From Bixzunavirus cane17 (Duplodnaviria; Heunggongvirae; Uroviricota; Caudoviricetes): a DNA stretch of 64,000 nucleotides. Where the stretch lies: IMG/VR virus record IMGVR_UViG_2974759174_000001, one strand, 5' to 3'. A model generated the notes under the pieces. That model was not told the DNA's origin, ran no database searches, and saw nothing but the letters and a program-made list of their open reading frames with translations. The position numbers and the translations under genes are program-made. Shown piece by piece: positions 9,189 through 18,437 of this stretch (position 1 is its first letter; each line of letters starts with the position of its first letter).

Positions 9189-11446
9189 TGACCAGTCCCG
9201 GCGGCTTCGAATACACCGATGACTCGGTGATCGCGCGACTCGCGTTCGACATTCCTGCGCAGGCTCTCACCGACATCAATCAGCTCACCAAGGCCATGAG
9301 TGCCATGGCCACCGAGCAGGAGGCGATCGCGCGGACCACCGGTACCTGGCTGGACTACCTCGACCAGGTCCCGGTCATCACCGAGCGGGCCAACCAGGCG
9401 ATGCGCGACAGCATCACCACCATGGAGCGGATGGCCTACATCCAGAACGAGATGGGCGGTGGCCTGGGCAACGTCGGCGTCTCGCCGATGACCGGCGGCA
9501 GCGGGCCCGGCGGCTACTCGACGGCGGCACCGGCAGGCTACGTCAACCCGTTCGCCGGACAGTTCTTCGGCATGGGCCAGATGCCCCAGGACGTCGCGGC
9601 GGTCCAGCAGCAGCTGTCCGGCATCGCTCAGCAGGACCCCCGGCTCTACGCCAACATGATGGCCGCGCGCGGCCAGGCGGTGAACCCGGCGATCCTCGGC
9701 ATGGTCGGCGGCGCGGTGGCCGGAGTGACCGGCCAGGGCGGTATCGGTGGCGTCGGTGGCGGCATGGGCTACGGCAACTCCGCGCCGGGCTCCATGAGCC
9801 CGCAGGGCACCCAGACCGCCCGCGACTCGGCAGCGCCTCCGGACCCGACCCAGAGTGGCGCCACGACGCGCTCAGAGCCCACCAGCATCCCCGCCGAGCC
9901 GCACCCGGACGCCCCGCCGTGGCAGCGCGCGGTGATGGGTACCGTCAGTGCCGCACAGCAGATCGTCAACGAGACTCAGGGCTCGACCGGACGCGGCGGC
10001 AATAACCTGCTCGGTCTGGCGTCGGCAGGCCTGGGCGCAGCAGGCAAGTTCGCCTCGAATCACCCCAACGCCCTCGGTGGCTTCGGCGGTCGGCTGGGCA
10101 CCGTGGCCAAGGGTGCCGGTCTGCTCGGCGCCGGGGCCTGGGCGCTCAACAAGGCGCAGGACGTCGGCGAGACCATTCAGAAGTACGAGCAGCTCGGCGC
10201 CGTGCAGGGCGGTGACTGGGGCACCGGTATGAAGTACGAGGCCCAGGCCCGCATGCTGGCCCTGAACCCGTTCATCACCACCCAACAGGCTCGTCAGGCC
10301 ATGCAGATGGCCCTGTCTGAAGGCTTCCGGGGCGGCGAGTACGACACGGTCATGGACTACATGCTGTCCAACTTCAAGGACATGGGTGTGCAGTTCTCGA
10401 CCTCGATGGACTACGCCAAGAATGCCCTCTACTCCGGCCAGACGATGGAGCAGGCCGCTGCCGGGTCCACCGACCTGCTGGAAGCCATGAAGCGGCTCTC
10501 CGCCGACGGCGGGGCCTCGTTCACCACCCGTCAGGAGACTGGCCTGCAGCTGCAGTCGCAGCTGGTCGCTCAGGGCTTTGACGTCGAGTCGGCCAACCGG
10601 GCGATCCTGGGCTTCCAGGAGGGCTACGGCGACAAGAAGGTCCTGCAGGACTCGATGGAGCGCATCGGCGGACAGATCGTCGCCAGCCCGCAGCTCATGG
10701 CGATGACGGCCAACCGGCTGGGCGTGCACGGCCTGCTGCCCGGCGCGTTGGCCGCAGGCCTGAGCGAGGCCGGATTCGACGCCGACGAGCTGACCGAGGA
10801 GGCCGCAGGCGAGATTGCGCGACTGGTCTCAGGCATGCCCAACCGGCTCAATCGCATCGCCGCCTTCCAGGAGCTGATGGCCCAGAACGGCGTGATGATG
10901 GACTGGAACCAGGCCGAGGCCCTCTACGAGAAGGTCACCGGCGAGGAGAAGCCGACCGAGCGAGCCAACAAGCGGGTGGCCGAGACCAACCAGAATGGCC
11001 GCTCGTTTGTCGACCAGACCGGCGACTTCCTCAAGGGCCTGGCAAAGCCGTTCACCACCGGCCTGATGGGCGGTCTCACCAAGGCCGTCCAGGGCGACTG
11101 GGACGAGATCTGGCCCACCATCAAGGAGGGCAACCCGTTCTCTTCGGACCAGCCGAAGAAGGACAACATGCGCGACGAGTTCGCGCGTGCGGGCCGCGCT
11201 CCCGCCGAGCTGCCGCAGACCGCCGAGCAGGCCGCGCAGCAGCAGGCGCAGACGGTGCGCACCGAGGGACAGGTGTCCGGCGAGGTCCGGATCACCGTGG
11301 ATCAGTCCGGACGTGTCTCGGCCCCGGCCTCCATCCAGCTCACCGGCCAGCAGCGCAACGCGTTCGCCGGATACGGCTCGGCGCAGGTCAACAACCCGCC
11401 GCCGGGTGACTACAACGCCAGCACCGGATGGGGAGGGGGAGGCTGA
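9188..11446 (+). CDS. Tape measure protein (752 aa)
   Basis: Ala/Gly/Gln-rich helical ORF directly after the frameshifted chaperones. Confidence 0.85.
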   Translation: MTSPGGFEYTDDSVIARLAFDIPAQALTDINQLTKAMSAMATEQEAIARTTGTWLDYLDQVPVITERANQAMRDSITTMERMAYIQNEMGGGLGNVGVSPMTGGSGPGGYSTAAPAGYVNPFAGQFFGMGQMPQDVAAVQQQLSGIAQQDPRLYANMMAARGQAVNPAILGMVGGAVAGVTGQGGIGGVGGGMGYGNSAPGSMSPQGTQTARDSAAPPDPTQSGATTRSEPTSIPAEPHPDAPPWQRAVMGTVSAAQQIVNETQGSTGRGGNNLLGLASAGLGAAGKFASNHPNALGGFGGRLGTVAKGAGLLGAGAWALNKAQDVGETIQKYEQLGAVQGGDWGTGMKYEAQARMLALNPFITTQQARQAMQMALSEGFRGGEYDTVMDYMLSNFKDMGVQFSTSMDYAKNALYSGQTMEQAAAGSTDLLEAMKRLSADGGASFTTRQETGLQLQSQLVAQGFDVESANRAILGFQEGYGDKKVLQDSMERIGGQIVASPQLMAMTANRLGVHGLLPGALAAGLSEAGFDADELTEEAAGEIARLVSGMPNRLNRIAAFQELMAQNGVMMDWNQAEALYEKVTGEEKPTERANKRVAETNQNGRSFVDQTGDFLKGLAKPFTTGLMGGLTKAVQGDWDEIWPTIKEGNPFSSDQPKKDNMRDEFARAGRAPAELPQTAEQAAQQQAQTVRTEGQVSGEVRITVDQSGRVSAPASIQLTGQQRNAFAGYGSAQVNNPPPGDYNASTGWGGGG

Positions 11447-12129
11447 TGCCCAACAGCAACTTTCACTTTCCGCAGCAGAGCATCCCGCTGGCCAAGGGCG
11501 AGCGGGGCATTGCCACCCTGCACCACCCCGATGTGGGCTCGCTGCGCTTCCGGACCAACCCCAAGGAGTTCGGCTGGAGCTACACGCTCAACAAGCGGAT
11601 CGACCAGACCTACGGCGGTCGGGTGGTCCAGCTGCTGGGAGTCAAGATCGACGACTTCACCATCAAGGCCGACGCCGGTGGCGGTCGCTGGGAGTACATG
11701 CACAAGGTCAACAAGTTCCTGCGTGACGTCATGGTGGTGCAGCGCAACGGGGTACCGGCGACCTTCGAATACACCACGCGTGGCTGGAAGCTCAACGGCT
11801 ACATCTCGACAATCCCGTTCCAGGACTCCCGCGAGGAGGTCGCGCGTGAGTTCGCCATCCAGATGAAGGTCCAGGAAGACGTCTCCGGGGTGATGAGCAA
11901 GAACACCCTCGATGCGGCCCTGCGCAACCTCAAGGACGGCGTCGGCTTCAAGCGCAGCAAATACAACGACCCGGTCCTGGGGTCTGGATCGACCGGCGAT
12001 TCCGAGTCGTCGACCTTCGGTGGCATCCAGGAGATCGCCGACATCATCGGGCAGGCGAGCGAGATCCTCAACCAGTTCGGCCAGAATCTTGACTTCCTGC
12101 CCGGCGGTCTTCCCGGAATCGGCAAGTGA
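11446..12129 (+). CDS. Baseplate/tail tube initiator-like protein
   Basis: TGATG overlap, 227 aa, position after the tape measure gene. Confidence 0.6.
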   Translation: MPNSNFHFPQQSIPLAKGERGIATLHHPDVGSLRFRTNPKEFGWSYTLNKRIDQTYGGRVVQLLGVKIDDFTIKADAGGGRWEYMHKVNKFLRDVMVVQRNGVPATFEYTTRGWKLNGYISTIPFQDSREEVAREFAIQMKVQEDVSGVMSKNTLDAALRNLKDGVGFKRSKYNDPVLGSGSTGDSESSTFGGIQEIADIIGQASEILNQFGQNLDFLPGGLPGIGK

Positions 12130-12144
12130 GGAAGGGAGTGAGTC

Positions 12145-12315
12145 ATGGCTGACTATGCGAGTGACTGCCCGATCAGTCGTCCGGTCGATCCGGGCTGGAC
12201 CTCGGACTGGGACCTGGGCGGCATGCAGTGGTCGTACGACTACGGCATGTTCTATCAGCCGTCGCCGGACGAGCTGCTGCCGTTGCGCAAGCCCGCGCAG
12301 CGCGTCGGAGAGTAA
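12145..12315 (+). CDS. Small protein, 56 aa (MADYASDCPISRPVDPGWTSDWDLGG...), not in ORF track
   Basis: SD GAAGGGAG, high GC3, fills the gap between two baseplate genes. Confidence 0.7.
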   Translation: MADYASDCPISRPVDPGWTSDWDLGGMQWSYDYGMFYQPSPDELLPLRKPAQRVGE

Positions 12316-12318
12316 CGC

Positions 12319-12909
12319 ATGTCCAAGCTGCTCGTCAGAGGTCACGGCAAGTTCGAATTCAAGCTCAACGTGTCGCAGTTTCGCTCGCCGCTCACCGCGT
12401 CGATCGCGCCTGCCCAGACCCGGAGCATGATGCAGTACTTTCCGATCCGTGCCGGACAGCCCGACATCAACTTCACGGTGCAGTTCCGCAGCAACGACGA
12501 GAAGCACGAGTTCAGCAACTTCGTTCGCGACCATCAGTTGTTCGCCCAAGAGCACGGATACGACGGACGGGTCACTCTGTGGTGGCCCGAACGCGACATC
12601 GTCAACTGGACCGGCTTCATCACCGATTTCCAGGTCGTCGAGAAGTGGGACGTCTTTGCGCCGACGGTGACCTTCGGTGTCGCGCTGGTCGACTCGATGC
12701 TCAGTGAGTTCTCCAAGCTGTCCTCGTTCGGCGCGCACTGGAAGTCCATCTGGGGGCCGCAGATCCCGGCCTACCAGGGTCCGGACTCCATGGCGCCAGA
12801 GAACCAGCTGCGCCCGCCGACGCCACCGTCGTCGTCCACGCCCGGCAATCCCGATCCGACCGGCCCGAATCCGCCACGGACATACAACGGCGGGGGAGGT
12901 ACCTTCTGA
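12319..12909 (+). CDS. Baseplate-associated minor tail protein
   Basis: 196 aa with strong GC3. Synteny. Confidence 0.65.
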   Translation: MSKLLVRGHGKFEFKLNVSQFRSPLTASIAPAQTRSMMQYFPIRAGQPDINFTVQFRSNDEKHEFSNFVRDHQLFAQEHGYDGRVTLWWPERDIVNWTGFITDFQVVEKWDVFAPTVTFGVALVDSMLSEFSKLSSFGAHWKSIWGPQIPAYQGPDSMAPENQLRPPTPPSSSTPGNPDPTGPNPPRTYNGGGGTF

Positions 12910-15755
12910 TGACCATTCCCGGCATGGGTAACATGCCTCGTCCTGTCACCGAGGGCGAGGCTGATGTCGGCTCGTTCATTCCGGCGTCGATTCTGGCCAA
13001 CGAAGAGGCCGGGGTCATCAACATCAGCCCGAAGGACCCGCCTCCGGCCAAGACCCTGGTCTACTCGCCGGACGTGCGTATCCTCATCGCGCGCGGCAAC
13101 AAGCAGTACGACGTGTCCAGCGACATCGTCGGCTGGTCGTGCCGCCGGGTGGAGAACTCGGTCAGCTCGATCGTGTTCAAGCTGGCCAACAAGGACCTGC
13201 GGTACAACCAGCTCTTCGAGCGGATGGACCGGGTCACGATGTACCTCAAGCGTGTCGAATGGGTCCAGGTCTTCTCCGGGTACCTCGATCGCGTCCCGCA
13301 CGTGCAGATCTATCCGGGCACGGTCAATTTCCGGGCCAGCTGCACCCTCAAGCGCCTGCTGCACACCTGGTGGGACCCGGGCCTGCCGGACTCGATGGGC
13401 ATCTTCGACCAGGCCGGACTCAACGCCCTGGAGAGCGCGGGCGGTGAGAAGATGGCCGACATGGGCCTGGGGTCGCTGCTGCGGCGTCTGCTCGTCGAGG
13501 TGGGCAACTGGGACACCAAGAACGTCCATATTCAGCGGTTCCCCATGGGCTACTACACGTTCATGGAGACCCAGCTGCGCAAGCTGGAACCGGGCAACCA
13601 GAAGAACACCCATGAGTTCAAGCGCCTGCTGCTGGGCGATGACACCTCTGGCGGTGTGGGAGCCCAGGCCGGACGCCAGCTCGGCGTCACCCGGGGCGGC
13701 TATGTCGCGACCGCGCCAGAGCGCATGATCGAGGTCATCCGTGCCGTCGACGAGATGGGCATGGGGCCGGACAACCGTGACCTGGCCGTGGCCCAGGGAC
13801 TGGGCGTGGCGTCTCAGGGCGGCAAGGACGACAAGGACCAGCCCGCCTGGCAGTCGCACCAGGAGATCGGCAAGAACTGGACCGAGGCCGCGCTGAAGAA
13901 CGACGCGGCGGTGCACTGCTTCATGACCATCATGGTCGAGTCCAACTGGATCATGTACGCCAACAATGCGGTGCCGGAGTCGCTGAACTTCCCGCACGAC
14001 GCCATTGGCAGTGACCATGACTCGGTCGGCCTGTTCCAGCAGCGTCCGTCCTGGGGCACGGTGGCCCAGCGGATGAACCCGCGCGAGTCGGCGGGCATGT
14101 TCCTGCAGGCGCTGAACAAGCTCGACTGGCGCAACATGGACCGTGGCGCGGCCTGTCAGGCAGTGCAGCGCTCGGCCTTCCCGGGCCGCTACGCCGCACA
14201 GGAGGCGGCGGCGGTCGAGCTGGTACGGGCACTGCGCACCGGCACCGGCACCGGTATGGGCACCGGCGGACAGTCCAATGGCATCCCGGGCCTGAGTCTG
14301 GGCGGCAGTCCGATCGGCAGCATTCCGTCGGTTCTGACCGCCGGGGCGCCCGGAGCCACCGCGATTCCGGCCATCCCGACCACCAACGGCAGTCCCTCGG
14401 CAGCGGCTGCCGGAGAGCTGCTGGGCCAGCCCAAGTTCAACACCGCCGGAGCGCTCTCGTTCGCCCGGGCCCAGATCGGCAGGCCCTATGTCTGGGGTGC
14501 CACCGGTCCGGCCAGCTATGACTGCTCGGGTCTGATGCTCGCGGCCTACCGATCGATCGGCATCGAGATCGGGCGGACCACTTACGACGAAGTGGCCACC
14601 TGCACCACGATTCCGCCGACCAACCTGGTGCCGGGCGACCTGATTCAGCCTCACGACGGCCACGTGGTGATGTGGACCGGCAACGGCACCGTGATACACG
14701 CGCCGCAGACCGGCGACGTCGTTAAAGAGGTCCCGATCTACTTCGACATCACCGGTGCCAAGTGTCTGCACGTGCCGGGCACCGAGTACGGCGGTGTCCC
14801 GTTCGCCCCGTTCGACCCGACCAAGGCTTTCAGCGGCGGCGGCGCGGCGCCGGGCACCGTGGCACCGGGTCTGGGCGGCGGCACGGCGCAGGTGGGCCCG
14901 AGTGAGCCGATTGCACGCAACCTGTTCACCTACCAGTTCCAGGCTGGACGGTTCCAGAGCACCATCTCCGGCTTGTACGGCACCGGTCAGGGCCAGCGCG
15001 AGAAGGCCTTCATCAACGACGAGCCACTGATGCAGACCGTGGTGACCTTTGCCAAGGCGGGCCTGCGCAACTTCCAGAGCGCGCCCAATGGAGACTTCGT
15101 CGCCTACTACCCGGACTACTTCGGTCTCGATGGCAAGGGCGCGGTCTTCAACATCGAAGACGTCGAGATGAAGAACGTTCAGATCGACCTCAACGACGAC
15201 GCCCTGGCCACTCACGTCTACGTGTCCGGTTCAGCTCAGCCTAACGGCGGCGGGTCGGGCAACCCGCTTGGTTGGCTCAACTCCAAGGGTGTGGCCACCG
15301 TCGAGAACGAGTGGCTCTTCCAGAACCTGATCGCCGCCGCGCCCCGGGTCAAGGGCGAACGCCGGACCTCCGGCGCCGACATCATGCGCAAGTTCGGCGC
15401 CCGGCCCCTGGTCCAGTCGATGGCCAGCATTCAGCAGGGGCCGATGGAGTTCCTGTGTGCCATGCAGATCTTCATGACCAAGTGGGCCGAGCAGTACTCC
15501 ACTCAGATCGAGACCACCTTCATGCCGGAGGTCTTCCCGGGCATGCGCCTCAACCTGGTCGGCCACAACCTGCAGGTCTACGTCACCGAGGTGGTGCACT
15601 CCGGGGACTGGGAGAACGGCTTCACCACCCAGATGACCATCATGGCGCCGTCGACGCCGTCGATCGTCAAGCTGGCCAGCGACATCTCGCGCGCCGTCGA
15701 GCAAGAGCGGATGGACCAGACCGACCTCGACACCAACGCCTCGGTGGTGATGTGA
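12909..15755 (+). CDS. Baseplate hub with lysozyme-like and NlpC/P60 peptidoglycan hydrolase domains
   Basis: VESNW..YAN...HDAIGSDHDSVGLFQQRPSWG motif. PYVWGATGPASYDCSGL...GHVVMW...IHAP NlpC/P60 Cys-His-His. Hub-like termini. Confidence 0.85.
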   Translation: MTIPGMGNMPRPVTEGEADVGSFIPASILANEEAGVINISPKDPPPAKTLVYSPDVRILIARGNKQYDVSSDIVGWSCRRVENSVSSIVFKLANKDLRYNQLFERMDRVTMYLKRVEWVQVFSGYLDRVPHVQIYPGTVNFRASCTLKRLLHTWWDPGLPDSMGIFDQAGLNALESAGGEKMADMGLGSLLRRLLVEVGNWDTKNVHIQRFPMGYYTFMETQLRKLEPGNQKNTHEFKRLLLGDDTSGGVGAQAGRQLGVTRGGYVATAPERMIEVIRAVDEMGMGPDNRDLAVAQGLGVASQGGKDDKDQPAWQSHQEIGKNWTEAALKNDAAVHCFMTIMVESNWIMYANNAVPESLNFPHDAIGSDHDSVGLFQQRPSWGTVAQRMNPRESAGMFLQALNKLDWRNMDRGAACQAVQRSAFPGRYAAQEAAAVELVRALRTGTGTGMGTGGQSNGIPGLSLGGSPIGSIPSVLTAGAPGATAIPAIPTTNGSPSAAAAGELLGQPKFNTAGALSFARAQIGRPYVWGATGPASYDCSGLMLAAYRSIGIEIGRTTYDEVATCTTIPPTNLVPGDLIQPHDGHVVMWTGNGTVIHAPQTGDVVKEVPIYFDITGAKCLHVPGTEYGGVPFAPFDPTKAFSGGGAAPGTVAPGLGGGTAQVGPSEPIARNLFTYQFQAGRFQSTISGLYGTGQGQREKAFINDEPLMQTVVTFAKAGLRNFQSAPNGDFVAYYPDYFGLDGKGAVFNIEDVEMKNVQIDLNDDALATHVYVSGSAQPNGGGSGNPLGWLNSKGVATVENEWLFQNLIAAAPRVKGERRTSGADIMRKFGARPLVQSMASIQQGPMEFLCAMQIFMTKWAEQYSTQIETTFMPEVFPGMRLNLVGHNLQVYVTEVVHSGDWENGFTTQMTIMAPSTPSIVKLASDISRAVEQERMDQTDLDTNASVVM

Positions 15756-17221
15756 TGACCGTCGAGGGATACTCCCGCAACGCCGGGGCCACCATGCGCG
15801 AACCCGCCGTCATTCAGGGTTTGGATCTACAGACCAGGACTGCGATCGCGCTGCTGCGCTCTGGCTACACCGTGCGAGTCAACTGTTCGTTCGCCGTCGG
15901 CGACGCGATCATCACCCCCGCGATCGGTGAGCAGTGGTACGTCGAGCGGTTCGACATGGAGTGGCGGCTGGCCGGGCGCCTGCCGTTCAACGATCCCACC
16001 CAGAACATCGAGCCCGAGGCCGGACAGGTGTCTCTCGGCTCGGCGGCGGGCCCTCTGGAGCTCAACGGCACCGAAGTCCGGGCCAACGGCAAATTCCGGC
16101 TGGGCCTGACCTACTTCCAGGCCGACGCCAACGGGAAGCTGCAATACTCACAGGACGGGACGACCTGGGTACCCGTAGTCCCCCCGGCGGGCCCAGGCGC
16201 CCCGGCCTCCACCGACGAGGTTCCTGAGGGCACGACCAACAAGTACTACACCGACGCCCGGGCGGCGGCTGCCGCGCCGGTGCAGAGCGTGGCAGGCCGG
16301 ATCGGAACGGTCACCCTGGCCAAGAGCGACGTCGGGCTCAACAACGTCGACAACACCTCGGACGCGGCCAAGCCGATCAGCTCGGCGACCGCACTGGCCC
16401 TGGCTGCCAAGGCCGACCTGGTCTCCGGCAGGGTCCCACCGGAACAGCTGCCGATCCCTCCGGTCGCCGAGTACGCCGACTTGTCCTCGTTTCCGGCCCC
16501 GGGCGAGGCGGGCACCCTCTACATCGCCGCCGACACCGGCAATCTCTACCGCTGGGACTCGGTGGCGGAGAACTTCGAGCTGATCGTCTCGGCCACCGGC
16601 GGTGGTGCGGCCAGCACTGACGAGCTACCCGAGGGCGGCACCAACCTATACTTCACCAACGCCCGGGTGACCTCCCGAGTCGAGGCGATGTTCGGCGACG
16701 CAGCGGGCACCGTCACCCAGGGCAACGATCCCCGGCTGTCGAACACCCGCACGCCGACCGACAACACCGTGAGCACGGCCAAGCTTGTCGACCTGGCGGT
16801 GACCACCGACAAGATCGCCGACGAGGCGGTCACCCTGGACAAGCTCGCCGAGGACGTGCAGCTGGCACTCGACGAGTCGGCCTACGACGTGAGCTATCCG
16901 CAGACCCTTGGCCAGCGTGCGATCGGCTACGGCCAGAACACCATCGGGGTCAAGCTGCAGCGCCCGGTGGTGTTCAGCAAGATCACCTACCGGTGCGGTA
17001 CGGCGGACGCCGGTGGCAACGCCACCTTCGAGCTGCACAAGAACGGCTCGGCAGTGGTCGGCACCCAGGTCACCGTCGCGGCAGCCGGTCAGGTTGCTGG
17101 GGCCACCGTGACAGGGTCGTGGGCCTTCGACGAGGGCGACATCCTCAAGGTCTACACCTCGATCCTGGGCACTGCCCCGGTCGGCGTGGGCCTGGTCGCC
17201 GATCTGAAGGGCAAGTCCTGA
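15755..17221 (+). CDS. Baseplate spike-like protein with fibre-type repeats (488 aa)
   Basis: Follows the hub gene. Two STDE(V/L)PEG.TN.Y(Y/F)T.AR repeats. Real start is at 15755 (or 15752), not at the ORF-track start. Confidence 0.6.
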   Translation: MTVEGYSRNAGATMREPAVIQGLDLQTRTAIALLRSGYTVRVNCSFAVGDAIITPAIGEQWYVERFDMEWRLAGRLPFNDPTQNIEPEAGQVSLGSAAGPLELNGTEVRANGKFRLGLTYFQADANGKLQYSQDGTTWVPVVPPAGPGAPASTDEVPEGTTNKYYTDARAAAAAPVQSVAGRIGTVTLAKSDVGLNNVDNTSDAAKPISSATALALAAKADLVSGRVPPEQLPIPPVAEYADLSSFPAPGEAGTLYIAADTGNLYRWDSVAENFELIVSATGGGAASTDELPEGGTNLYFTNARVTSRVEAMFGDAAGTVTQGNDPRLSNTRTPTDNTVSTAKLVDLAVTTDKIADEAVTLDKLAEDVQLALDESAYDVSYPQTLGQRAIGYGQNTIGVKLQRPVVFSKITYRCGTADAGGNATFELHKNGSAVVGTQVTVAAAGQVAGATVTGSWAFDEGDILKVYTSILGTAPVGVGLVADLKGKS

Positions 17222-17976
17222 TGCCGCTCATCCTGCCGGTAGGCGGTCTGGAGCCGCTCATCGTCCCCAACATCGAGGTCTCCGACGAGCTCATTCCTGC
17301 CGGACGCATCGGGGTCTGGATTGTGCTCGGTGGTCGTGGCGGCACCGGCGGTGCCGGAGCGTCGGTCAACGACGAGAACCAGAACTGCGGCGGCGGCGGT
17401 GGTGGTGGCGGCGGTGCTCGCGTCAACCGGCTCTTTATCCCTGTCGAGGCCCTGGGCGACCGCTGGACCCTGACCAAGGGCACCACCGGATCACGATTCG
17501 CTCGATTCATCTCCGGCGACGTCGTCATCTCTGCCGGATGGGGTGCCGACGGCGGCACCGCCTTCACCTACTACGGCTCCGGCGGTAATGGGGGCACGGC
17601 CAGCGTGAGCGGCCTGCCGTTCGAGGTCCCGTCGGGCATCTTGGTCAGCGGAGGCAAGGGCGGCAACGGCGGCGCTCCGGGCAACAACGCCGGACAGGCC
17701 GGTAGCAGCTCGACCAACGGCGCCGGTGGCGGCGGTGGCGGCGGTGGCGGATCGCGGTCCAGCAACTCCACGCACGGTACCGGCGGTAGCGGTGGCAGCG
17801 CGTCCGGCGGCAACCCGACCGGAATCATGAAGGCCGGTGCGAAGGGCAACAACGGCAGCGGTCGCGGCGGCAGCTCCGGTAGCGCGACCGGTGGCCGTGG
17901 CGGCGGCGGCGGCGGATACACCACCGCAACAGCTGGTACGCCCGGTGAGGCCTACGTCTATGCGGAGTGGGTCTAG
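17221..17976 (+). CDS. Glycine-rich minor tail protein (251 aa)
   Basis: GGxGG runs typical of mycobacteriophage Gly-rich tail proteins. TGATG overlap. Confidence 0.8.
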   Translation: MPLILPVGGLEPLIVPNIEVSDELIPAGRIGVWIVLGGRGGTGGAGASVNDENQNCGGGGGGGGGARVNRLFIPVEALGDRWTLTKGTTGSRFARFISGDVVISAGWGADGGTAFTYYGSGGNGGTASVSGLPFEVPSGILVSGGKGGNGGAPGNNAGQAGSSSTNGAGGGGGGGGGSRSSNSTHGTGGSGGSASGGNPTGIMKAGAKGNNGSGRGGSSGSATGGRGGGGGGYTTATAGTPGEAYVYAEWV

Positions 17977-18010
17977 CCCGACGAGGCACATGAATCTGTG
18001 AGGAGGACTG

Positions 18011-18427
18011 ATGAGCTTTTCGCTCGCGCTCGAAAACGGGGACCTGGTGCAACGCGGTTCCCAGCTGGCGGTCGTCCAGGGTCGGGCCAAGCTGGAGCAG
18101 GACATCAACCTCTGGCTGCTGGAGCGCTACGGCGGCGACCGATTCCACCTCAACATGGGCAGCATCCTGCAGGAGTTCATCGGCGGGATCGCTTCGCCGT
18201 CCGCGCGCGCTGAGATCCACGCCGAGGTCTTCCGCGTCTTGCAGAACTACCAGGCGCTGCAGCTGCGCCGCTTCCGCGAGAACCCCCAGAACCTGAGCGC
18301 CAGCGAGTTGCTGGTGTCGGTCGACGAGATCACCACCCAGATGACCTACGACACGGTCAGAGTGACCGTCAAGATGCGTAACGGGGTCAACCAGTCGTCG
18401 ACCATCTCTGTCCTGCAGAGCACCTAA
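18011..18427 (+). CDS. Baseplate wedge protein, T4 gp25/P2 gpW-like
   Basis: 138 aa, precedes the J-like gene. G.AKL.QDI..WL....G....H...GS pattern. SD AGGAGG. Confidence 0.8.
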   Translation: MSFSLALENGDLVQRGSQLAVVQGRAKLEQDINLWLLERYGGDRFHLNMGSILQEFIGGIASPSARAEIHAEVFRVLQNYQALQLRRFRENPQNLSASELLVSVDEITTQMTYDTVRVTVKMRNGVNQSSTISVLQST

Positions 18428-18437
18428 GGAGCCTCAG

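Noticed and set aside
17340-17920. GGC/GGT repeats as a possible tandem repeat or DGR target
   Set aside because: Explained by poly-glycine coding. No template/variable repeat pair or reverse transcriptase in the window.
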